Below are positions 1 to 8,672 of a stretch of 64,000 bases of DNA, piece after piece. This stretch comes from Candidatus Latescibacterota bacterium (GTDB lineage: Bacteria; Latescibacterota; UBA2968; UBA8231): contig CBDCDC010000002.1 in NCBI GenBank assembly GCA_965215195.1, positions 4,512,001-4,576,000 on the forward strand, written 5' to 3'. The notes under the pieces are model-generated. The model saw nothing but the letters and a program-made list of their open reading frames with translations. It was not told the DNA's origin and made no database searches. Each line of letters starts with the position of its first letter. Positions within the stretch are counted from its first letter, which is position 1. Position numbers and translations under genes: made by a program.

Positions 1-335
1 AGCCCCTCTGGCGGCAGGGTGACCGTCCGCGCTAGATTGGGCCACAGGCCCCACAGCGGCACCTGCTCCCCGCTCGGCTCCAGGTGCAGGCGCCCGCCGC
101 GATCTATGGGCACCACCACGGCAAACGAGTCGCGCCGCACCGCTTCGACGCCCGCCGCGACCAATTCGCGCTCCACCAACGCGGCCCCTGCTTCGGCACC
201 CGGGTAGCCAGCCAAGCGCGATTCGACCGCGCTCAGGGCTTCGATGGTGGCGCGCAAAGCAGCCACCGCACCGTAGCAAGGCGTTTGCAACAGCCCCAAC
301 CAGAGTGCGAGATATAGCCATCCTAAGTTATTCAT
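1..335 (-). CDS. N-terminal part (runs off window) of a large exported protein, probably the M28-peptidase-like/FtsX-permease fusion that accompanies DUF6785 genes
   Basis: Hand translation from ATG 335: MNNLGWLYLALWLGLL...SRLAGYPGAEAGAALVEREL...LWGLWPNLART; signal peptide, open to the window edge. Confidence 0.55.
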   Translation of the reverse strand, partial: MNNLGWLYLALWLGLLQTPCYGAVAALRATIEALSAVESRLAGYPGAEAGAALVERELVAAGVEAVRRDSFAVVVPIDRGGRLHLEPSGEQVPLWGLWPNLARTVTLPPEG

Positions 336-350
336 AGTAAGCCCGTCGTT

Positions 351-375
351 TAGGCCAGCGTGGAAGGCTGGCCTA
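351..375. repeat. Intergenic palindrome, REP-like
   Basis: TAGGCCAGC-N7-GCTGGCCTA perfect 9-bp inverted repeat between co-oriented genes. Confidence 0.45.
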
Positions 376-391
376 TGGGATCAATGGCTAT

Positions 392-2470
392 TCACCCCCA
401 GAAAATCACATTGCCGACCGTGCCGGAAAAGTGGTCGATGACGAGGAAGAGGCCGCCCGGCAGCAGTTGTCCTAAAATCAGGCCCATAAAAAACGGCCTA
501 GTCTGGTGGTAGCGGTCGGCGCCGCCGTACTTGAGCACCAAGACTTTGATAAACCAAGCCAAGAACATATTGAACCACAGGTGATCCATAATCCAAGTCG
601 GCCCAATGGGATAGCCCAAAGGGTGCAGAGGCCACCAAGCGTAGTGCCAGCGAGCCACGGTCAAGCCCAGCATGATGGCCGCGCCCAAGCCCATGTTGAT
701 CCAGCCCCATAGATGCGGCTCGCTCGGATAGCGGAGTAGGCTCTGGACGTAGCGATAGGGCGCTTCGCGGCTAACCGTGCCCCGCAGGTTGAGGTTGCCG
801 TGCTCGTAGCTCAACTCCAAGATCATATAGGTCGAAGCCGCTAGCGCCACGGCTATGGCCCCGACCATGGCCCAGAACAAAGGCCGCCGCCCTCGGCCCA
901 ATTCCCCGCCCAGCTTCAGGCTGTTGGCGCAGGAGGCCATGACAAAGCTGCGGACATTGGCCGTCCAGATATAGGTGCTCGCCAGCAAGACCAAGCCCGG
1001 TGCCCCCAGCGCCGACGAGCCTACCGCGGAGATGAGGATGCCGGCCGGCACCACGGGCGGAGCCCCGTCGGACAGGCCGCCTTCGGCCACGATCCGGGTG
1101 AAGGCGACAAAGAGGGCACCGGCCAGAAAGAGCAGGGCTGTGCTGGCCCACAGCGGCAATCCAGCCAGCCACAGCCAGCCGAGCATGATCGCCGTGCCGC
1201 AGACGAGGAGGGCCACGGCCGCCCGATACGACACTATTTCTTCGGCGTCATCAATGGCCGGGTCGCCGGACCACGCCTTGCGCCAGACCGCGGTTAGATG
1301 TCGGCGGCCGGCCCACAAGCCGCCGAGGAACAGGACCAGCATCGCGCCCATGGCGTGATAGACCTGAAGCGTGTGCGGGATGCCGTGGCCACTGCCCAAG
1401 CTGGGCGCATTGCCTACGCCGAGAATGGAGAAAGCACCGCGCATGATATTGGCCACTAGATTGAAAACCCACAGGCTGAGCGCGACTTCGGTCTTGAGGA
1501 AGTAGAAAAAACCGAGGATGTGGAAGCGGAAGATGATATACAGCTTAGAGGTGCCGCGCATGATCGACAGTTCTTGGTGGAACAGATCAACGCCGCGGGC
1601 GAAATGCACGCCTTCCGGGAAATACGCGTACAGGCCGTGCAGTGTGCTCCACGTGGCGGCGAGGGCAAAGCCGATCCACATCCCCCGATTCTTGAAAAAA
1701 GGCGGCCAGCGCTCGTTGGCCGCCCCCATTGCGGTCATGGCCAGCGGCACTTGCACCAGCGGATAGACGAGGCGCTCGTTGTCGATCCACTGCCGCCGCA
1801 GCACGACCATGCTGGCGATCATCACCAAGAAGAGGGACCAGATAAAGGGCTGCCAAGCGGCCAGCGCCAGCAGCCAGGCCTTCCACGGCACCGCGTAGGC
1901 GGCCCCCATTCCCTCAAAGAAAAACTGGGCCTCGCCGAGCTGGCGCGGCATCATCCAGTGGGGGATGTGGGGGTGGATGAGGCCCTGCCAATCGTTTTCG
2001 GGCGTGGCAAAGTAAAAGGGGGCGGCGAGCTGGCTGATAATCCGCGAGGTAAAAACGATGGGGATGGGCGAGGCCATCACCATCATTATATATACCAGCA
2101 GCAATTCGCCGCGGCGCAAACCCTGCGTCCCGCCCAGCTTGAGCAGGGGATTGACCAGCCCGGTCAGCAGGGACAGCAGGCAAACCGCCCCCACCGTGCT
2201 AAAGCCCAAGGCCATGTAGGAGCCTTGCAGGTACAGGGTGCTATAGGCTATGCCGCCGCCGATGAAAGCGGCCAAAAAGGTGCCTAGGGCAAAGGCCCGG
2301 AGCGTAAAGGCCGAGCCGACCTCTTCTGCGGCCGGCTCCGGCTCGGGCGGCCCTAAGTCCAGCCGCGAGCGAAAGGCGGCCGGCAGCAGGCCCCGGCCGA
2401 CCCTTCCCGACGGCTCGGTCTGGTCGTCGCTCTTTCGAGGGTCAGGTGGGGTAGCGCCGGTCGCCGGCAT
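392..2470 (-). CDS. Multi-pass membrane protein, DUF6785/DUF6784-like (OPT-related putative transporter)
   Basis: 692 aa with many TM segments; motifs RRQWIDNERLVYPL, WWPLHPLGY, KYGG..Y...RPFFMGLILG. Confidence 0.75.
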   Translation of the reverse strand: MPATGATPPDPRKSDDQTEPSGRVGRGLLPAAFRSRLDLGPPEPEPAAEEVGSAFTLRAFALGTFLAAFIGGGIAYSTLYLQGSYMALGFSTVGAVCLLSLLTGLVNPLLKLGGTQGLRRGELLLVYIMMVMASPIPIVFTSRIISQLAAPFYFATPENDWQGLIHPHIPHWMMPRQLGEAQFFFEGMGAAYAVPWKAWLLALAAWQPFIWSLFLVMIASMVVLRRQWIDNERLVYPLVQVPLAMTAMGAANERWPPFFKNRGMWIGFALAATWSTLHGLYAYFPEGVHFARGVDLFHQELSIMRGTSKLYIIFRFHILGFFYFLKTEVALSLWVFNLVANIMRGAFSILGVGNAPSLGSGHGIPHTLQVYHAMGAMLVLFLGGLWAGRRHLTAVWRKAWSGDPAIDDAEEIVSYRAAVALLVCGTAIMLGWLWLAGLPLWASTALLFLAGALFVAFTRIVAEGGLSDGAPPVVPAGILISAVGSSALGAPGLVLLASTYIWTANVRSFVMASCANSLKLGGELGRGRRPLFWAMVGAIAVALAASTYMILELSYEHGNLNLRGTVSREAPYRYVQSLLRYPSEPHLWGWINMGLGAAIMLGLTVARWHYAWWPLHPLGYPIGPTWIMDHLWFNMFLAWFIKVLVLKYGGADRYHQTRPFFMGLILGQLLPGGLFLVIDHFSGTVGNVIFWG

Positions 2471-2495
2471 CGTGGTTGGTGGTTAGTGGCCTGGA

Positions 2496-2720
2496 CTAAC
2501 CACTGGCCCCTGTAGTTCGGCGAGGGCGCACATATCTTCGAGCAGAGCGAGCAATCGGCGCTCGGTAGGCGGGACGGTGTAGTAGCGGCTGATCCGGGGA
2601 AAGGGGATTGGGGACCCGTTTTGGCCAGTCCATTTCTTCGAGCGGAACGGCCCCCAGCAATGGTTGAGTGCCACGCGGCAATTCAAGGGCCCTGACCTGA
2701 CATACTCGTCCCTGAACCAT
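2496..2720 (-). pseudogene. C-terminal remnant of a clan AA aspartyl protease
   Basis: QGRVCQVRALELP..QPLLGAVPLEEMDW resembles the PLLGxxPLExxD tail of small retropepsin-like proteases; no DTG half present. Confidence 0.45.
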
Positions 2721-3067
2721 GCCTAAGACGCGGCATGCGCGCTGGCCCCCAATTCTTCGAGCTTGAGCAGGTCAATGAGTTCAGCGGCACCGGAATTGAC
2801 TAGCATGTCACAGGAGACTTCTCCCGGCGGTAGAAACCGATTCTGCCAGTTCCTCACTTTGGCGGGAACGCGAAAGATGCCCAATAGATTATCCTCCGTA
2901 TTTGGATTTTCAGCTAAAACAAAGTATAGATTATGAATACCTTTGTGCCGCGCAAGGTCGGCTCTGTCTGGACCCCGTTGCCCCTCGGTTTCTACGACGG
3001 GCAGCGCGGCGGCAGTGCCTGTAATGCATGCCAATGAAGGAGAACCGACCATGGCTGCCAAGCAACT

Positions 3068-4021
3068 ATGACGCTCAGCATTCAACCCAAGTCGCTCCGC
3101 CCACTGCGGTGCTGGATTCCGCTGGCAGCTCTACTGACAGCTATCCCTACCCCACTACACGCCGGCGCTTGGACGCAGGCCCCGGGCGGATTGTACTGCA
3201 AAATCGCCGGACTTTCCTTCCACTCCCAAGAATATCTCGACGCCGCCGGCGAGCGGCAGGTTCGAGCGGCAAAACCCAGCGTGGAGGAATTGAGCGATAG
3301 GAATATATCGGCGTACCTCGAATATGGTTTGCTGGAGCGCTTGACCTTGGTGGCCACCCTGCCCTATAAGCGGTTGGTGTACAAGAAGACTGAAGTGAAG
3401 GTGTTCAAAAGCGACGTGCTCGATACCACCATAACCCGCGTACATCCCGACGAAATCCGCACAGGTCTGGCCGATTTGGAACTGCGCCTGCGCTGGCGCT
3501 TGCTGCTCAATCCGGCGGTGGTTTCCCTCGCGCTGGGGGGCAAATTCCCCTTGGGCTACGACGTGGATCAAGACGGCAACGGCGTCCTAGGGACGTTGGG
3601 GCCGAGTCCAGTCGATGGAGCCAGCAAGGTCCCCTTGGGCACGGGCGCGCACGATGTCGACATGCGCCTGTTGGTGGGCAGATCGCTGTATCCGTTCCCG
3701 GGCTACTTGACGAGTGCGGTCGGCTATCGCCAGCGAGGCGGGGCCTTCAGCAATGAATTCTTCTATGGCTTCGAGGCCGGTGTCACTTATAAACGCCTGC
3801 TAGTCAAGGGCGTGGTAGAAGGGATGCACACTACGGGCGACTGCGGTGCCATGGGACGAGGCGGTCTCGTCGGCGATCAAGACATCCTCAAGGTGGCCCC
3901 GGGGTTGATCTGGTCGCTCAGTAAGCATCTAGAAATCGGCGTCGATCTATTCCACATCGCGGCTGGCTGCAATACCGCAGCGGGCACGACCTATGCCGTG
4001 GGGCTGGCTTTCAAGCGCTAG
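3068..4021 (+). CDS. Exported putative outer-membrane beta-barrel protein
   Basis: Signal peptide ending LHA-GAW, alternating beta-strand pattern, GLADLEL and LGTGAHD motifs, near-terminal aromatic residue. Confidence 0.55.
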   Translation: MTLSIQPKSLRPLRCWIPLAALLTAIPTPLHAGAWTQAPGGLYCKIAGLSFHSQEYLDAAGERQVRAAKPSVEELSDRNISAYLEYGLLERLTLVATLPYKRLVYKKTEVKVFKSDVLDTTITRVHPDEIRTGLADLELRLRWRLLLNPAVVSLALGGKFPLGYDVDQDGNGVLGTLGPSPVDGASKVPLGTGAHDVDMRLLVGRSLYPFPGYLTSAVGYRQRGGAFSNEFFYGFEAGVTYKRLLVKGVVEGMHTTGDCGAMGRGGLVGDQDILKVAPGLIWSLSKHLEIGVDLFHIAAGCNTAAGTTYAVGLAFKR

Positions 4022-4086
4022 AAAAATCGCGGCTGCCGATCCGATCCGTTATATTTTGCTCGTCCAACCATTACAAGGAGGCTGTG

Positions 4087-5079
4087 ATGTCGCGCAAAAA
4101 ATGGGAGCTCCCCCAGCGTCAGGTCACCGACGAAGACGTCTATCTCAACCGCCGCAAGTTCATCCGGCGGGCCGGCTTGGGCACCATCGGCCTGCTTGCC
4201 GGATGCATCCCAGAAAAGCTCCTCAATCCAGCAACGCTCGTCGATCCAACGAAATACGTCAGTCCCACGCGCATTGAGCCAACCCCGCCGTCAGAGTGGT
4301 ATCCGGCTCCCACAAACGATGCTTTTTCCACGCTCGACCGGCCGCTCACCGACGAGTTGGTAGCGGGCCTGTACAACAACTTCTACGAATTCTCCACCAC
4401 CAAGGAGGTGTGGCGTTTCATAGACAATTTTGAACCGGCCCCTTGGAGCGTGGAAATAGGCGGCCTAGTGCAGCAGCCCAAGACCTACGATATCGACGCC
4501 CTAATCGGCACAATGGATTTAGAAGAGCGCCTCTACCGCCACCGCTGCGTCGAGGCTTGGTCCATGGCCATACCGTGGACGGGCTTTCCCATGCGGGCGC
4601 TCATCGACTTGGTGCAACCGCTGTCATCGGCCCGCTACGTGCGCATGATCTCCTTCTTCAATCCCGAGGTGGCGCCCGGGCAATGGGACCGATCCGATTG
4701 GCCTTGGCCCTATACCGAGGGCCTGACCATGGCCGAAGCGACGAATGAGTTGACTTTGCTGGTAACGGGCATCTACGGCCACGCCTTGCCCAAGCAACAC
4801 GGTGCTCCCCTGCGCTTGGTGACGCCCTGGAAATACGGCTATAAGGGCCTCAAGTCGATTACCAAAATCGAATTCACCAGCGAACAGCCGGCCACCTTTT
4901 GGAATACCCTAGTGCCACGCGAGTACGGCTTTTTCTCCAACGTCGAGCCAGACGTTCCCCATCCCCGCTGGTCGCAAGCTACCGAGCGCTTCATCACTAC
5001 CGACCCGAACGCGCCCGAACGACGCGAGACCCTCCCCTACAACGGCTACGCAGAGTACGTCGCCCATTTGTACGAGTGA
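4087..5079 (+). CDS. msrP: Protein-methionine-sulfoxide reductase catalytic subunit MsrP
   Basis: Tat motif NRRKFI, YNNFYEF, ERLYRHRCVEAWSM, QHGAPLRLVTPWKYGYK, HPRWSQATER. Confidence 0.93.
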   Translation: MSRKKWELPQRQVTDEDVYLNRRKFIRRAGLGTIGLLAGCIPEKLLNPATLVDPTKYVSPTRIEPTPPSEWYPAPTNDAFSTLDRPLTDELVAGLYNNFYEFSTTKEVWRFIDNFEPAPWSVEIGGLVQQPKTYDIDALIGTMDLEERLYRHRCVEAWSMAIPWTGFPMRALIDLVQPLSSARYVRMISFFNPEVAPGQWDRSDWPWPYTEGLTMAEATNELTLLVTGIYGHALPKQHGAPLRLVTPWKYGYKGLKSITKIEFTSEQPATFWNTLVPREYGFFSNVEPDVPHPRWSQATERFITTDPNAPERRETLPYNGYAEYVAHLYE

Positions 5080-5084
5080 CCCTT

Positions 5085-5744
5085 ATGCGCCAACTCCTCT
5101 GCCTCGGCCTACTTATTGCGCCGCTCGCCGCCCAGCAAGAGGCCCTGCGCGGCACTTGGGAGGGCACTATCGTCGATGAGCAAATAGGCGAGATTACCAT
5201 GCGCCTGACCTTTGCGGCGGATGGTGCCTTTGCGATCGACCAAATCATTCAGGTGAGGGACGACTTCCTAGCCGATGTCCAAGTCCCGCAACCACCCACC
5301 ATGGAGACGATTGTCGCCCGCGGCACCGGCACCTATGGAATTTTGGGCGACAGTCTCGTGCTCGCTATAGCCACATTAGACCTGTCCGTCGATGGCGAGG
5401 ACTTCGGCGAATTTTTCACCCAAGTGGCCCGAGACTTCGCCCGTTATGTAGCGGACTCGCACGAAATTCCCGAAGAGAACTACCCGGCTTTTGAACGAGA
5501 ATTTATCGACGCGTTTTTCGCCGAACTCGACGAGGTTGAGTTCCTCGCTATACTCAACGAGGGAGGGATTAGCACGTATACCATTGAGGGGGACACCCTG
5601 TTCCTCACTACTGCGAAGGAGACCGGGGTCGAAACTTGGGAATTCCACCGCATGGATGACTCCAGCGCGGTCGCCGAAACCACTTGGGGCCGCTTGAAAG
5701 CTCTGGCTAGCGCTAAAACGCACCAACCCTCGCAGCAGAACTAG
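5085..5744 (+). CDS. Secreted hypothetical protein with C-terminal TWGxxK motif
   Basis: Signal peptide MRQLLCLGLLIAPLAA; ends SAVAETTWGRLKA; start placed just after the msrP stop. Confidence 0.65.
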   Translation: MRQLLCLGLLIAPLAAQQEALRGTWEGTIVDEQIGEITMRLTFAADGAFAIDQIIQVRDDFLADVQVPQPPTMETIVARGTGTYGILGDSLVLAIATLDLSVDGEDFGEFFTQVARDFARYVADSHEIPEENYPAFEREFIDAFFAELDEVEFLAILNEGGISTYTIEGDTLFLTTAKETGVETWEFHRMDDSSAVAETTWGRLKALASAKTHQPSQQN

Positions 5745-5750
5745 GTCCCG

Positions 5751-6986
5751 ATGGAACGGCTGATTAGCCTATGCGGACTTTTGGTGATGATCGCCCTAGG
5801 CTTTGCCCTGAGCGCCGACCGCCGCAAAGTAGATCGCCGCTTGGTAGCGGCCGGCGTGGGCCTGCAATTTCTCCTCGCCCTGCTCGTCCTCAAAACCGGG
5901 CCCGGACAGGCACTTTTCGGTTATATCGCCGCTTTTTTTACCGCCTTGCTCAACTATGTCGATGCCGGCTCCAGCTTTGTCTTTGGCGATGCGTTCGGCG
6001 AGCATTTCTTCGCTTTCAAGGTCCTGCCGACCATTATCTTCTTTTCCGCCTTAATGGGCGTCCTCTATCACTTGGGGCTGGTGCAGTACGTGGTGGCGGC
6101 TTTTGCTTGGGTCATGCAGCGTACGCTGCGCACCTCGGGCGCGGAAAGCCTAGCGGCGGCGGCCAATATCTTCGTCGGCCAGACCGAAGCTCCGCTGGTA
6201 GTGCGCCCATACGTGGCCAGCATGACCCGGTCAGAACTGATGGCCTTGATGGTGGGTGGTTTTGCCACCATTGCCGGAGGCGTATTGGCCGCCTTCGTGG
6301 GCTTGGGAATTGACGCCGGGCACTTGGTGGCCGCCTCGGTGATCTCGGCCCCGGCGGCACTGTTGGTGGCCAAGATCATGCAGCCCGAGGTAGAAGAGGC
6401 CCAAACCCTAGGGCGGGTATCAATTGAGGTAGAGCGCACGGCTACCAATGTAGTGGAAGCCGCGGCCAATAGCACCTTAGACGGCTTGCGGCTGGCCCTG
6501 AACGTGGCCGCCATGCTCATTGCCGCGCTGGGTTTGATCGCCCTGCTGGACGGGGCACTGGGCCTGTTGGGCCAAGGCGTGGGCTACCTCTTGGGCATGG
6601 AGGGGCTGGAGTGGTCTTTGTCCGCGGTGCTGGGTTATTTATTTGCGCCCTTTGCTTGGTTGATGGGCATTGAGGCCAAAGATTGTTTGCTGGCCGGCGA
6701 GTTGTTGGGCAAGAAGATGGTGGCCAACGAATTCGTCTCGTACGTCCAGTTGAGCGAGTGGATCCAGCCTAACTCGGGCGTGGAGCTGAGCCAGCGCTCG
6801 GTGGTTATTTTGACCTATGCCCTGTGTGGTTTTGCCAACTTCAGCAGCATTGGCATCCAAATCGGCGGCATCGGCGGCATTGCTCCGGGGCGGCGGCGCG
6901 CTTTGGCGCGCTTGGGTTTTCGCGCCATGCTGGGCGGCACCCTAGCTTGTTTTACGACCGCCTGCGTGGCCGGGATCCTGCTGTAG
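5751..6986 (+). CDS. nupC: NupC/NupG-family (CNT) nucleoside transporter
   Basis: VLPTIIFFSAL, ANIFVGQTEAPL, GGFATIAGGV, TYALCGFANFSSIGIQIGG. Confidence 0.9.
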   Translation: MERLISLCGLLVMIALGFALSADRRKVDRRLVAAGVGLQFLLALLVLKTGPGQALFGYIAAFFTALLNYVDAGSSFVFGDAFGEHFFAFKVLPTIIFFSALMGVLYHLGLVQYVVAAFAWVMQRTLRTSGAESLAAAANIFVGQTEAPLVVRPYVASMTRSELMALMVGGFATIAGGVLAAFVGLGIDAGHLVAASVISAPAALLVAKIMQPEVEEAQTLGRVSIEVERTATNVVEAAANSTLDGLRLALNVAAMLIAALGLIALLDGALGLLGQGVGYLLGMEGLEWSLSAVLGYLFAPFAWLMGIEAKDCLLAGELLGKKMVANEFVSYVQLSEWIQPNSGVELSQRSVVILTYALCGFANFSSIGIQIGGIGGIAPGRRRALARLGFRAMLGGTLACFTTACVAGILL

Positions 6987-7112
6987 TTCGTTCTTTGAAT
7001 AGCTCCCGAATTCGACGCTCCCCCTCCCCAAGCGACTAAACATTGACACTGTTCAATTGCCCCTCGTGCTTTGATTTTGTAGCACCCAGCCGCCCAGCCT
7101 TCGAGGGGGAAT

Positions 7113-8672
7113 ATGAACTTTGTAGCATGTGTTTTACTGGCTCTGTGCCTGTCGTACCCTGCCCGGTCCTTTGGCGACGAACGCCCAGACGTCCAGCAGA
7201 TACAGGACGTAGTACAGCGCTTTTACGAGGCCTGGAACCAGCAGGACTTCGTCGCGGCCGAAAACCTGATCGGCGAAAGCGTCGTCGAGCTCGACATGCG
7301 CGGCCGCCGGGAGCCGCAGACCTGGGTTTTGCGCAAGGCCCAGTCCCGCGAGGAATTCCTCGACGGAATCGTCGTTGAGTGGACCGGCGGCGACGGTTGG
7401 GACTACGACCCGGAAATCCACCAGTACATCAAGCAGGCCGAGTTTTTCGACGTCTTCCTTTGGGGCGACCGGGCCATGGCCATCACTCAGGAGCGCTTGG
7501 TCGGCATGTCCGGCCCGGTGGGCGCGGACCAATACAGCGCCTATTTGCTCGACCGGGGGGATGGCGGCTGGAAGATCGCCGGCGTCCTCCACCAAGTGCC
7601 CACCGAGGAGTACAAGACGGTCTCCGTCAAGCCACGGGGCGAGCAGCTTCGCGTCCGCCTCTTCGTCGATGGCGGCGATGAGGTGTTCGCAGACAGCGAG
7701 GGCCTGTGGGTTGAGCACCGCTACGGCGTCCTGCCCGGGCGGCACGAGGACGGCGATGGCTTTTCGCCCATCGAGATCAACGGCGTGCGCTGGCAACCCG
7801 TCTGGCAGGGCGACAAAACCCGCAAGGTGCATTTTGCCGACAAAGTCGCATGGCCTTCCGGGGCGCAGTACCGCCTAGTCAAACACGAGGCACGCGACGT
7901 CGCCCAGTTGGAAAGGGAACCCCAAGCCCCCGGCGACACCCTCAGCATCGTCTTCGCCGACCAAGACAGCGGTGCCGACTGGTACGACGTGGAGGTGCGC
8001 TGGGGAGACGAGGCCGCCGATCCCGGCGCAGGGCTGCCCGAGCCAACTCCGCCCGGCCGCGAGGCCCTGCTCGTCGAAGTCCTATTCGACGGCGAAATCC
8101 GCGACACCAGCCCGCAGCAGCGCCCGCTCAAAAACGTCGAAGTAGTGCTCACCGAGGACCGCGCCGGCGACAAAGACGGTGCCGGTTACTTCAATGGCGA
8201 GGCCGTCGTCGATATCGAGGGCTTTTTGCTAGACGGCCCCTTCAGCGTCTCGATCTGGGCCAAATACGACGAAATCGAAACGCGCCCTTACTGGTGGAAC
8301 AACTGCATCTGGGCGCAGGACAACGGCGGCGGCGTGCGCGTCTTCCAGCTCAGCACCCAAGGGCGGCGAGTCACCTGGCACCGGATGCGCGACGACGACC
8401 TCCACTCCAAGCTCTTTTTGCGCGCGGAGCGCTGGTACCATTTGGTGGCCGTGTTCGACGGCGATTACCACCGGCTCTTCGTCGATGGCGTGTTGCAGGA
8501 GCAGAAGCAGAGCGCAGTCAAAACCTCGCCCGACCAGCCCATCTACATCGGCGCGAAAAACCTCGACGAGACGGACTTCTTCTTCACGGGAGCTTTAGAC
8601 GACGCGCGGCTCTACGGGCGCGTGCTGACAACTGCGGAAATCAGCGCCCTCTACCAAGGCTTGGCCGAATGA
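7113..8672 (+). CDS. Secreted protein with NTF2-like N-terminal domain and C-terminal LamG/concanavalin-like domain
   Basis: Signal peptide; IQDVVQRFYEAWN...GGWKIA; WYHLVAVFDG..LFVDG..IYIG..FTGALDDARLYGRVLT. Confidence 0.75.
   Translation: MNFVACVLLALCLSYPARSFGDERPDVQQIQDVVQRFYEAWNQQDFVAAENLIGESVVELDMRGRREPQTWVLRKAQSREEFLDGIVVEWTGGDGWDYDPEIHQYIKQAEFFDVFLWGDRAMAITQERLVGMSGPVGADQYSAYLLDRGDGGWKIAGVLHQVPTEEYKTVSVKPRGEQLRVRLFVDGGDEVFADSEGLWVEHRYGVLPGRHEDGDGFSPIEINGVRWQPVWQGDKTRKVHFADKVAWPSGAQYRLVKHEARDVAQLEREPQAPGDTLSIVFADQDSGADWYDVEVRWGDEAADPGAGLPEPTPPGREALLVEVLFDGEIRDTSPQQRPLKNVEVVLTEDRAGDKDGAGYFNGEAVVDIEGFLLDGPFSVSIWAKYDEIETRPYWWNNCIWAQDNGGGVRVFQLSTQGRRVTWHRMRDDDLHSKLFLRAERWYHLVAVFDGDYHRLFVDGVLQEQKQSAVKTSPDQPIYIGAKNLDETDFFFTGALDDARLYGRVLTTAEISALYQGLAE

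Noticed and set aside
2723-3085. 120-aa minus-strand ORF
   Set aside because: Chimeric-looking, overlaps the next gene's start, no family recognised
7850-8668. N-terminal extensions of long ORF calls (7850, 13786, 18123, 25840, 33286, 36257, 56473, 58035, 59182)
   Set aside because: Arg/Pro-rich shadow sequence overlapping real genes; starts were reassigned using RBS and stop-start overlaps
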